Under the pieces are notes generated by a model. The model was not told where the DNA came from. It worked only from the letters and a program-made list of their open reading frames with translations, and did not search any database. The position numbers were made by a program, and so were the translations under genes. This document shows, piece by piece, positions 43,314 to 52,275 of a stretch of 64,000 nt of DNA (position 1 is the stretch's first letter; the number at the start of each line of letters is the position of its first letter). Location: positions 288,001 through 352,000 of the forward strand of contig CAWCYI010000006.1 in the NCBI GenBank assembly GCA_963799845.1. Reading direction: 5' to 3'. Origin of the DNA: an uncultured Nitrososphaerota archaeon. GTDB lineage: Archaea > Thermoproteota > Nitrososphaeria > Nitrososphaerales > CADDZS01.

Positions 43314-43323
43314 AGGACGTCAC
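43200..43323 (+). ncRNA. Putative TnpB omegaRNA scaffold / IS605 right end
   Basis: GAAGCC, hairpin AACATCT/AGATGTT and terminal GTCAC at 43319-43323; the 5' boundary is a guess. Confidence 0.6.
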
Positions 43324-43417
43324 ATCTTTAAGCGAGGGCTGCATTCCTTCCCAGGTACGCTTGGAAGTGGGAGGTCTGTGGTGGCCACTAAGCAAATTGG
43401 GCGTTTTTTACTCAGTT

Positions 43418-44962
43418 TTACTGTTCGTCTTTCGAATTTTCGGAGGGAAGTTTTTCATCCGTAGCTGGCCGATTACTTTGAACAGATTCCTGTCCGTACA
43501 TCTTCAGCATCTCACGGATTACTTTGTCAGTTGTTTCTTTGTACTCTTCCTTATTCTTGATGCCTAGCAAATCAACAAATCCCTCTGCAACGAAGCTCAT
43601 GAGAGTAAGATCCCTATACATGCCAGGGATAGTCGCTAGCTGCGAAACATGCGGATGTGACAAATTCAGAATAATCGAATCCTGAGTTGTCATTACTGGT
43701 AGATCAGAGGGGCTCAGTTGAGCTTCTTTGATAGTTCCGAAGGCCGTTCTTGCTGCTCTTATCTCGCGGGGTAACCTGGGAGTTCCTGTAATTATTTTGA
43801 TCTGCCTTACCTTTTCCTTGCCCTTTGTGGGGAGTGCGACCTGAAATTGAGATGCAGCGAGCTGTTGCTCGTTCAAGACTTTGTATTCCGCAGGGAGTGA
43901 TATCTCTACAGTCGCAAGGGCTCTCTCCAAGACTTTTGCAAGTTTGTTCAGCGATTTCTGTACTAGTACATTGGAATAATGTGGAGTGTCCGGAATATCG
44001 TCAACGAGAGAATCAATCGCTTTCTTGAATTTGTGGTACATATCGTCTTCAACGTATGCACTTCTCCCCGTGACCAAAGTGAGATCTGTGTTGACAAATC
44101 CAGTAAGTGTCGGTCTCTTTGATATAACCTCGCGCTTCACCAATACTCCCCTGTTGTAAAATCGGATTGGTTTTCGATCTTCAACGCGATACGGATCAAC
44201 GAGGGTGATCGAGTATCCTTCTCCGGATCGTTCGTGCATAATTCCGGCCGGAAGCTCCGGGGCAATGGCTTCGTTCCCATTAACGAGAATCCTAAATTGC
44301 CAAGTCAGGAGAGGCGCGAAGGCAATGCTCACGTATTCGTAAAGTTTTGCGACGCTGAACGACTTGCGCAACTTTCGAAGATAGACCCTGGTACCATAAG
44401 TCAAGAACTCTCCCGCATCTTCAACCTCGATGGGCTCGCCTGTATCTATCGAACTTCTGATCAATTCGTCCGTCAGATGAACCTTCCACGTCCGCGGCCC
44501 TGGCCGAGAATAAACGTCAATCTCGCGAGCTATTTTGAACACTGAGAGGAAGCCGAGACCCTTTTCTCCTATGAAGAGCCTCCCGGAGTCGGAGGTTCCT
44601 TTATTCTGCTGTCTTTTCTCCGTCATTCCCTTCGTAAGAAAAGAGTTAAAGTCAGAAATGCCGTAGCCATCATCATCGATAAAACAACTATGTTCATTTT
44701 CGATTTCTATTCGAACTTTGTACGCATTGGCATCGTAACTGTTAGCGATTAGTTCTCGGAATGGATCATAGACGCTAGCATACGCTTTGTCCATAAGCTC
44801 GTCCATAATGCCTGAGCTAAGACGCACCCGAACGCTCTGTTTCTCAATAGGTTGAGTCTCATCGCTCGGTTTGCCAGCATATTTTGCCGCTTGCAACTTA
44901 TCTGACCGCTTCTCTAGCGGCTCATCCTTGTTGGTTGATATAGCGGGAAGGGTCGAATCCAA
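43418..44962 (-). CDS. GHKL (HSP90/MORC-like) ATPase domain protein
   Basis: RELIANSYDA (N box), DDGYGI (G1), IGEKGLG (G2), GT, and C-terminal LNLSHP. Confidence 0.85.
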   Translation of the reverse strand: MDSTLPAISTNKDEPLEKRSDKLQAAKYAGKPSDETQPIEKQSVRVRLSSGIMDELMDKAYASVYDPFRELIANSYDANAYKVRIEIENEHSCFIDDDGYGISDFNSFLTKGMTEKRQQNKGTSDSGRLFIGEKGLGFLSVFKIAREIDVYSRPGPRTWKVHLTDELIRSSIDTGEPIEVEDAGEFLTYGTRVYLRKLRKSFSVAKLYEYVSIAFAPLLTWQFRILVNGNEAIAPELPAGIMHERSGEGYSITLVDPYRVEDRKPIRFYNRGVLVKREVISKRPTLTGFVNTDLTLVTGRSAYVEDDMYHKFKKAIDSLVDDIPDTPHYSNVLVQKSLNKLAKVLERALATVEISLPAEYKVLNEQQLAASQFQVALPTKGKEKVRQIKIITGTPRLPREIRAARTAFGTIKEAQLSPSDLPVMTTQDSIILNLSHPHVSQLATIPGMYRDLTLMSFVAEGFVDLLGIKNKEEYKETTDKVIREMLKMYGQESVQSNRPATDEKLPSENSKDEQ

Positions 44963-45111
44963 TTCACTCCAAGGTCAGTTTTTCTCGCAAAATTTGGCCT
45001 GAATAGCAGATCAGGCCAAAACCGAGTAAAAAACCCTACTGTGAAATTCGAAGAAAATAAGCGGCTCTAAGGTCGATCCACGCTTGGCCAGCTGGCATTC
45101 TCAGGCCTGCG

Positions 45112-47212
45112 TTAATCGCTCAGGGCATTGGCTAGTTCATGCTCGTTCGATGACGGCAGTTTGCATGCGAAATTTGAGCATACGAAGACTCGTGTCCTGC
45201 TACCTGACTCGTAAAGCCGATCTTGAACCATTGGAGAAATGCTCTCAATTTCCTTCTCTGCGAAAATTAAGACGGAGTTGGGGAGAAACTTGTTTCTAAT
45301 TACGGAAATCAAAGTCCTTGTTTCTGACGAGCCTTTCTTACCGGAGATGACAATTTCTTTCGGCTTATCGAGGAGAAATTCGAGCCCTACAAGCATTTCG
45401 GTAAAAGACGAGGGCTGTCGGGTTATCGGCTCCCAAAAAGCGAGGAAAGTATCTGCAGCGCAAGTTCTGAATTCTTCCTTTGTTGTGAACTCCGCCAGCC
45501 GAAGACAAACAAGCGCCGCTACCGAATTTCCAGAAGGCAGGGCGCCATCGAAACCATCCTTTGCCCTAACAATAAGATCAGCATCTCCTTCTCCAGTCTG
45601 GAAAAACCCTCCGGAGTTTTTATCATAGAAACTCGATATCATCGTCTTAGCTATCACCAGCGCCTTTTCCAGATATTTCGGATTAAATCCGGCTTCGTAG
45701 AGATCAATAAGCCCGTTTGCGAAAAAAGAGTAGTCCTCCAAGACAGACTTCGCCTTTGGATTCTCCGAGCCTGAATCTCCTCAACAGCCTGATGCCTTCG
45801 CCTGAATCACTTTCATTAAGATTTGCAAGCAAGAATTCGGCGCAGAAGACTGCCGAGGCAAGGTAACTCTCGTCGCCCAGAATCTGATACGCTTTGCTTA
45901 AGGCGGAGATCATCAGCCCGTTCCAGCCGGTCAGAATTTTGTCATCTGTGGGAGGCTTCGGCCGACGCATGCGGTGTTCCAATAGAACCTTCTTTGCCTT
46001 GGCGATCAGAGCACGTAGCTGGTCAGGATCAAGTCCGTCAGCGGTCGACTGATTCACCGGTCTGGAAGTTAGAATCGTTCTTCCTCCCTCGAAATTCCCA
46101 TCAGCCGTGACGCCGAAATATCTCGTGATCGCTGGGGACTCTTTCTCAGTGATCCCAGCTAACGAAAGCACCTTCGTCATTTCATCAAGAGTCCAAGAAT
46201 AATACGAACCCTCTCCTTCAGGGCTGTCGGCATCCTGCCCCGAATAAAATCCTCCCTCTTTGCTCCGCATTTCCCTCATCGCCCAATCAATGGTTTCCCT
46301 TACTATCCGGGAGTACTCCTCATTTCTTGTGATCAGGAATCCCTCGGAATACGAGATGATCAAAAGAGCGTTATCATAAAGCATCTTTTCAAAGTGCGGA
46401 ACAAGCCAGTATCTATCGGTGGAATATCGATGGAATCCGCCGCCAACCTGATCATAAATACCGCCCCTCATCATCGAGTCCAGAGTCTTCGAGACAGCGC
46501 TTAATGCTAGGGCAGAATTCTTCTCGTAGTAATAACGAGAGAGGAAAAAAAGGATCGATGGCGTCGGAAATTTCGGCGAATCGCCAAATCCGCCGTACCT
46601 TTCATCGAACGACCCCATAAGCGCCTCGTAGCACTCGTCGATAGGTGCCCAATTTAGCTTAGAATCTGGGCTTTTCTTAAAGTCGTACGACTCTCTGAGA
46701 GAACCTTTCATTTGGGTCGCCGAGTCTACAATTTTCTTCCTTTCTGATTTCCACGATTGAGAAATACTTCGTAGGACGTTCGAAAAGCTAGGCATCCCGT
46801 ATCGAGGAGTAGGAGGGAAGTAAGTCCCACCGTAAAAGGGGTCGAGGGAGGGCGTCAAGAATACGCTCATCGGCCAGCCGCCGGAACCGGTCATCGCAAC
46901 GACTGCCTTCATGTAAATCTCGTCAACGTCGGGCCTCTCCTCCCTGTCCACCTTGATGCTGACGAAATTCTCATTGAGCAATTTTGCGATTTCGGGATCT
47001 TCGAGTGACTCCCTTCGAAACACATGGCACCAGTGGCATGAAGAATAACCTATGCTGAGAAAGATAGGTTTGTTCTCGTGTTTAGCCTTTTCAAACGCTT
47101 CTTTGCCCCAGGGATACCAATCAACTGGGTTATAGGCGTGTTCTAGGAGATAGGGACTTTTCTCATTTATGAGACGGTTAGCTTTCTTATTGGATTCATT
47201 ACTCTGTGTCAT
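45112..47212 (-). CDS. YyaL/SPATA20-like thioredoxin (DUF255) plus alpha-barrel protein (frameshift near 45748)
   Basis: [64 protein letters not shown]. Confidence 0.93.
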
Positions 47213-48282
47213 TGATCGCAACCCGTTTTCTGCAACCATCTATACACTGTCCGAGAAGATCTTTTAGAAGCCAAAGCGATCTCATCATTACTATGACCTC
47301 GCTCTTTCATCTTTCGTGCAGATAAGATCATCCCATCAAAGATCTGCTTTTTCAATTGTCTTCTTTCCTGTCTGAAAGTGTAGGCGACCTCGGCCTCTTT
47401 GACAAACCTGTCACGTTCCACGCGAATCTCGTTTCGAAATGATCTGTAGACTGGCGCGGCTGAGCTCCAGTGCAGGTTACTCATTGCTTCAGCAAGCCTA
47501 GAGGCATTGACTTTTTCTTCATGCCTTAACCGAAGTTCAGACAATATTTTGATTGCTTCCAAGCCGCTCGCAGAAAGTAGGTAATAATCCTTCTTCCACT
47601 GATCGACTACCTTACAGATTCCTACGCTCATACCTCTCTTACCGAGTCCTTGTTTAAACAATTCCAGAATTGCTTTGTTTCTGTTTGAAAGTCCGAAAAC
47701 TACGCGGGTTTTTCCGCGCGCATCCCGAACTGCTATGTGACCTTCAGCGTCCGTGAATCCTGAAAGTGCGGCGTAGAACAACGAATCCTTCTCTAAATCT
47801 TCTCGACACAGGTGTTCTCGCCGGTTCAGAAGGTAGGAATAAGAATCATCAAGATCGCACACTATTCGCCAGCAATAGCCTGATCTAGTTCGGCATGGAT
47901 AGATAATCGGATGGCAAGCCTTTTCGAATAAACCATTCACTAATAGGAGCTGAGCGCGATGGGTAGTACTGACCGATACCCTAATTTTTCTGCCATGCCG
48001 ATTTGTCCCGAGATCGCCGAGAGCAAAAAATGTAATATATTTTTTGTCGATGCTATCTGCAGTTTTTACCTCGGCTTCGCTTGACATTCTGGAACACATT
48101 CGTTGGTTGAGAATTCTGTCCTATTCTTCGATTGCTTCACAGCTAAAAATCCAATAGCGGACAGAAAATTAACTACTAGGTTGATTTGAAGCGAGTATTC
48201 TGATTGAAAAAGTCCATGAGATGGCCTCATTAGCGATCTATCTGGAATACAACTTTTTCCCAAGTATGCACCAGTGGCATGA
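47027..48282. mobile_element. Endonuclease cassette bounded by 15-bp direct repeats (GCACCAGTGGCATGA at 47027-47041 and 48268-48282)
   Basis: Identical repeat encoding SCHWC in both yyaL 5' copies; 1241-bp spacing. Confidence 0.65.
47209..48099 (-). CDS. LAGLIDADG homing endonuclease with C-terminal HTH
   Basis: Degenerate motif 1 (TFFALGDL), motif 2 [20 protein letters not shown]-like [16 protein letters not shown]; its TGA overlaps the yyaL ATG (ATGA). Confidence 0.82.
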   Translation of the reverse strand: MCSRMSSEAEVKTADSIDKKYITFFALGDLGTNRHGRKIRVSVSTTHRAQLLLVNGLFEKACHPIIYPCRTRSGYCWRIVCDLDDSYSYLLNRREHLCREDLEKDSLFYAALSGFTDAEGHIAVRDARGKTRVVFGLSNRNKAILELFKQGLGKRGMSVGICKVVDQWKKDYYLLSASGLEAIKILSELRLRHEEKVNASRLAEAMSNLHWSSAAPVYRSFRNEIRVERDRFVKEAEVAYTFRQERRQLKKQIFDGMILSARKMKERGHSNDEIALASKRSSRTVYRWLQKTGCDQ

Positions 48283-48462
48283 CTAGTATCCAATGCTCAG
48301 AAAGATCGGCTTGTTTTCGCGTTTTGCCTTTTCGAATGCCTCCTTGCCCCAGGGAAACCACTCGACGGGATTGTAGGCGTGTTGCTGAAGATAAGGACTC
48401 TTTTCGTTGATTAAATGGTTGGGCTTTGATTTCTCGGCCGGAGAATGCTTTTCTTCTGACAG
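48268..48462 (-). pseudogene. Orphaned, diverged 5' fragment of yyaL
   Basis: Translates [64 protein letters not shown], then homology stops. Confidence 0.88.
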
Positions 48463-48672
48463 ATGGATAATACCTTCTCTAAAATAAGCCAGAAGGAGAA
48501 TTCGTGTTTTAATTCTTGTGTCAGAAAAAACAGTGCAAAGATTGGATAATAATCTGCCAAAGACTCCAAACAGTGTAGCATATTTTTGGTCCGTCTATTG
48601 AGACCTTAAATTCTAGTTCCCATTGATTCATAAAGAAAAAAAATCGGTTTTGTCAAGTCTTCGTCAATTCTC

Positions 48673-49290
48673 CTAGATTTTGTTGCTGTCAAAATTCGTC
48701 AGCTGTCCCAAGTCATTCGGTTGCAACCCCTTTTTGTTAATTTTCTCTAGCGAAAAAACAGACAGGTATTGAAAAGTGTCGAGCCCTAGTTCAACGAGTC
48801 TATCTTCGGTTGTTTTCCCTATAAAGAAATTTGGCTTTCTCCATGAGGACTCTATATTTTTGACCGTTGCAATGATTGACTGATTAAGTTCATTCTCTCC
48901 CAAAAGATTGTGGGCGTATTGGTTTCGTATTCTCTGGAAACATCGAATGTTCTTAACGAGCTTGGAATCAGACTCTAGAATATCCAAAGCTTCTAGGATT
49001 TTCAGCTTATTTTCAAAAGAACCGATATTTTCATCATCGATTATGAGTTTTGGATTTGGAAAAGAGTGCTTGATCATTTCATTAATCCAATATTCTATGT
49101 ATAGATGGATTAGGAGTGCCTTCGATCTCAAATCAGAGACACGGTTAATGTCAGCATTAAATCTACTGAAGATACCTGAAAAAGTCGAGCTCTTGTGTTT
49201 CTTCAGCGGTTTGGCTTTCGCATTTCCTTTAGACAAAATATTCCAAACTCCCCTTGTTTTTGGGTTTCTTTGCTTCGTTAACTTTGGCAT
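48673..49290 (-). CDS. MtlR-like / HEPN-superfamily protein
   Basis: HLYIE helix, GSFENKLKIL, R-x4-H motif RIRNQYAH; AT-rich. Confidence 0.6.
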   Translation of the reverse strand: MPKLTKQRNPKTRGVWNILSKGNAKAKPLKKHKSSTFSGIFSRFNADINRVSDLRSKALLIHLYIEYWINEMIKHSFPNPKLIIDDENIGSFENKLKILEALDILESDSKLVKNIRCFQRIRNQYAHNLLGENELNQSIIATVKNIESSWRKPNFFIGKTTEDRLVELGLDTFQYLSVFSLEKINKKGLQPNDLGQLTNFDSNKI

Positions 49291-49414
49291 TCTGAATGAA
49301 TGTTATCCACTTGACTGACTCCTAAGGCTTGCTGCAAGGCTGTCCCTTCGCCTCGCGACTCCAGTCAGTGTTGGAGTCGCTACTTGTTCGTTCGCAAAAT
49401 GAGGTGTAGGAGAA

Positions 49415-50539
49415 ATGATGAGAAATAAGAGTAAGAAGATTATTCGAAGAAGTATGAGTAGCAATTGCGTAATCGCAGGAATTGACCTGGGCGATAGTAG
49501 CAGCCTTGCAACCGTTCTCTCTCCAGTCGGAGAGATCGCAGACAGGTTCTCCTTCCAGATGGATGAAGCGGGGTACGCCCTGTTCTCAGACAGAATTCCA
49601 AGGGATGCGAGGTTAGCTTTTGAAGCTACGAGCTCGGCATATCCGTTCTCAAGAATGCTCAAGGAACTAGGATACCACGACATAACTGTAGCTCATCCTA
49701 CTGAACTTGCCTGGATCGTCAGATCAAAGAAAAAGAATGATAGAGCTGATAGCTTAAAGATAGCCAAGCTCCATCTAGCGGGTCTGTTGCCCGAATCTCA
49801 TCTTTTGGCTCAAGAGGAGCAGATAGAAAGAGACCTCTTGATTCAGAGGGTAAAGCTCGGATCAGAGATAGGTAAAATCAAGAGCAGGATCATAAGCTAT
49901 CTCAAGAGGGAAGGAGTGTTCGAATCTCTCCCGAAGAGCAAAGATAACTTCTCTGCTAGAAGGAGGGTTGCAATCGCCTCAATGAAATTCAACGATGACA
50001 GAGACCTCGTGCTGAAAACCATGGTTGAGAGACTCGAATTCATGGAGAAGCAGTGCGAGCCGTTGGAGCAGAGGATAATGAAGAACGCGAAGGACAACAA
50101 ATACGTCAGGATGATAATGTCTATTCCTGGCATAGATTACTACCTCGCTTCGCTATATTCTTCGTACATCGGAGATCCACATCGCTTTCCGTCTTTTGAT
50201 CACGTCGCAAGCTTCCTCGGGATAATTCCAGAGAGCAAGGATAGTGCAAACGTCAGGAGGAGAGGAAGAATGTCCAAGGACGGACCTTCCATTGCGAGAT
50301 GGGCTCTGGGCATAATGACCGACACGGTGCTGCTCTACAATCCGAATATCAAGGTATACTACAACGGCGTCAAGCAGAGGACGGGTCGCGGGAGCTACGC
50401 CCATGTGCTAGTGATGAAGAAGTTAGCTCGCATGATCCATCACATGATGATTACGGAGGAGAACTACAAGTGGGAGAACGAGGCGCTAACAGAAGCAAAG
50501 ATCTCAAGACTCGATGCCGCTGGAGGTGAATCAGCCTAG
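49415..50539 (+). CDS. IS110-family DEDD recombinase/transposase
   Basis: GIDLG, AFEAT, KKNDRAD, SIPGI, ASFLGIIP..KDS, GRMSKDG; start may be 49454. Confidence 0.93.
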   Translation: MMRNKSKKIIRRSMSSNCVIAGIDLGDSSSLATVLSPVGEIADRFSFQMDEAGYALFSDRIPRDARLAFEATSSAYPFSRMLKELGYHDITVAHPTELAWIVRSKKKNDRADSLKIAKLHLAGLLPESHLLAQEEQIERDLLIQRVKLGSEIGKIKSRIISYLKREGVFESLPKSKDNFSARRRVAIASMKFNDDRDLVLKTMVERLEFMEKQCEPLEQRIMKNAKDNKYVRMIMSIPGIDYYLASLYSSYIGDPHRFPSFDHVASFLGIIPESKDSANVRRRGRMSKDGPSIARWALGIMTDTVLLYNPNIKVYYNGVKQRTGRGSYAHVLVMKKLARMIHHMMITEENYKWENEALTEAKISRLDAAGGESA

Positions 50540-50773
50540 CGGAACAATTGGGATGGAGTTGCAGGCCGAACCATTTGGAGATAATTGAGCCATAGAGCTT
50601 TTCCATTTGAGTGTGGCGCCCCGCCTCCGTTAAATCGTCAGAATACGCCTAGCCTTGTACTAGAGCGTTTATCGAGTGTATGCGGAAAAGGTGAGGGCAG
50701 GTCTGTTCAGCTAGCCCTAGTCCAAACGCTAGCTTGATAAGCGGGATGAACGATCTCAGAGATAGAGCAGGTT
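50540..50773 (+). ncRNA. Candidate bridge/seek RNA region of the IS110 element
   Basis: Non-coding 3' end containing GGAGATAA (50577-50584, complement of core plus right flank) and TGAGTGT (50608-50614, matches the element end). Confidence 0.4.
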
Positions 50774-51043
50774 AGGCGAAGGGACAGCCCTAAGCCTTAG
50801 ATGAGTGTTATCTCCTTTGATCTCAATTCCGCATTTCTCCCGAACGCGAATATCCAATGTTTATGAATCCGATTGAGACATCTTTGCGATTGATATTTGT
50901 AAGATTCCCAATATTAAGGCCATAGCTCGAAAGCTCCATTCCTGAACGGAAAATTTGAGCTGACGAAAATTTACACGGAGAAATTTGTCTCGAATTGACG
51001 AAAACTTGACAGAACCAAAAAATCTCTGCGTTCGCACACGAGG

Positions 51044-51155
51044 AGCTGTTTTCTGAGCGAAGAGCTACGTTCAAGCTCTGTAAGCTCAGAAGAGCTTGAA
51101 ACGAGCTGAACGGAGCTCAGAGAGCTCAGAACGAATTGAACGGAGGCACAAAGCT
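51044..51155. repeat. Approximately 10-bp-phased AGCT array
   Basis: AGCT at 51063, 51074, 51083, 51093, 51104, 51114, 51123, plus 51044 and 51152. Confidence 0.8.
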
Positions 51156-51530
51156 GCTATAGAGGGTTACTCGACAATTGTCGAGTTGATCATTTCGTAT
51201 TGGATTTTCGAGTTTTCGAGGATGTTCTGGAAATTCACCCCTCGATTTACCAGATCATTGCTCGCGAACTATACATCAGAGCTGAATTTTCTTTGGGTTT
51301 CTGCGCGCGTGAGTAATTTTTGGCCGAATAGCTCGGTTTCAAGCTATTAAATAGAGAGGGGCCCCCTAAGGGGAGTCCTGCAACCGTGCGTGTGTACTCG
51401 TTGGATTGCTTTCTATCAGCTTGTTAAAAGCTCATCCGGCAATTCTGAGCTTGAAATGCCAAGTTATTCCACGCAATGTAATTCATAAGGAAAAAGAGAA
51501 ATTGACTCATATCAGGAAGCAAGATGGGAC

Positions 51531-51902
51531 ATGGATCTCTCCCCTGATAGCAAATCTCGAAACTTTAGATCTGTAATATGCTACAGAATTTCTAACATTA
51601 TGGAAAGAGCCGTGGTGGAAGAGATATGTTCTCGAAAAGGAGTCACCCTACTCTACACACAGGATAGTTCAGAATTGCTTCGGTTTGGCGATGGATACCT
51701 AGTCATCTGCGATCTTGCAAGTCTGAAGAAAGATGATCTTGCCGCTCTGGTCAAGTCAGCAAGAACGAAGAATTGTCGAGTTCTGGGGAGCTACCCTCAT
51801 GTCTCCAGAAAAATGGGTGAAACGGCGCTATCTGAAGGTGTAGATTACGTTGTGCCAAGATCTGCATTCAAAATAAAGTTAGAGCAGATATTGACGAACT
51901 AG
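51531..51902 (+). CDS. Receiver-like small alpha/beta protein
   Basis: LVICDL, VLGSYPHV, ALSEGVDYVVPRS resemble stand-alone receiver-like domains. Confidence 0.55.
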   Translation: MDLSPDSKSRNFRSVICYRISNIMERAVVEEICSRKGVTLLYTQDSSELLRFGDGYLVICDLASLKKDDLAALVKSARTKNCRVLGSYPHVSRKMGETALSEGVDYVVPRSAFKIKLEQILTN

Positions 51903-52171
51903 GTCTTTGAGGCAACCTTGAGTCTTTCCATATTTCTGATCTCCCTGGCTTTCAAAATCGGACCGATGGTATCAAGCCAGGAATCTCCTTCTTTTATCCT
52001 CCATTCGTTCAGATACTCTTGAACGAGATTGTCAGAAGTTGCTAGCCCAATCGGGAGCTTGTAAAAGAACGGGCAGTCAAACATCAAGAGTACAACCTTA
52101 TCGCCGTTTTCGTCCAATCCTGGAACGCGCTCATCTTCCGCTGCGTTGCAGAACGGGCATCTGATGGTCAA
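51899..52171 (-). CDS. Small hypothetical protein with CPFC / FDCPF motifs
   Basis: ORF convergent with the previous gene, Cys motifs. Confidence 0.55.
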   Translation of the reverse strand: MTIRCPFCNAAEDERVPGLDENGDKVVLLMFDCPFFYKLPIGLATSDNLVQEYLNEWRIKEGDSWLDTIGPILKAREIRNMERLKVASKT

Positions 52172-52275
52172 GTGCGATACGAGTTATATTGACAATAGCT
52201 GAAAAATATTGTGCAATCTAATCGATTGCGAAGTTGAACCTTCTTCACCATAAATAGCTGCCAAAATTATCGTCG

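Larger units (their letters stand above)
49308..50812 (+). mobile_element. IS110-family element with sub-terminal inverted repeats and a long 3' non-coding end
   Basis: 16-bp IR GGCTGTCCCTTCGCCT 49338-49353 / 50774-50789 plus 9-bp IR 49322-49330 / 50792-50800; junction repeat TGTTATC at 49301-49307 and 50806-50812. Confidence 0.85.

Noticed and set aside
47209-48270. Intein or intron interpretation of the LAGLIDADG insert
   Set aside because: The frame after CHWC closes within a few codons (ILGKKLYSR*), there is no C-terminal HN-C/S/T junction, I recognised no BHB or group I core, and the downstream gene restarts with a complete N-terminus.
48283-48285. Pyrrolysine read-through of the TAG
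   Set aside because: No pyl genes are in the window, TAG serves as a normal stop for many genes here, and read-through would end a few codons later.
51044-51155. CRISPR array
   Set aside because: Units are about 10 bp and degenerate, with no repeat-spacer structure and no cas genes.
51096-51350. 84-aa ORF over the AGCT array, and the 83-aa ORF at 50823-51074
   Set aside because: Low-complexity translations with no recognisable motifs; probably spurious.
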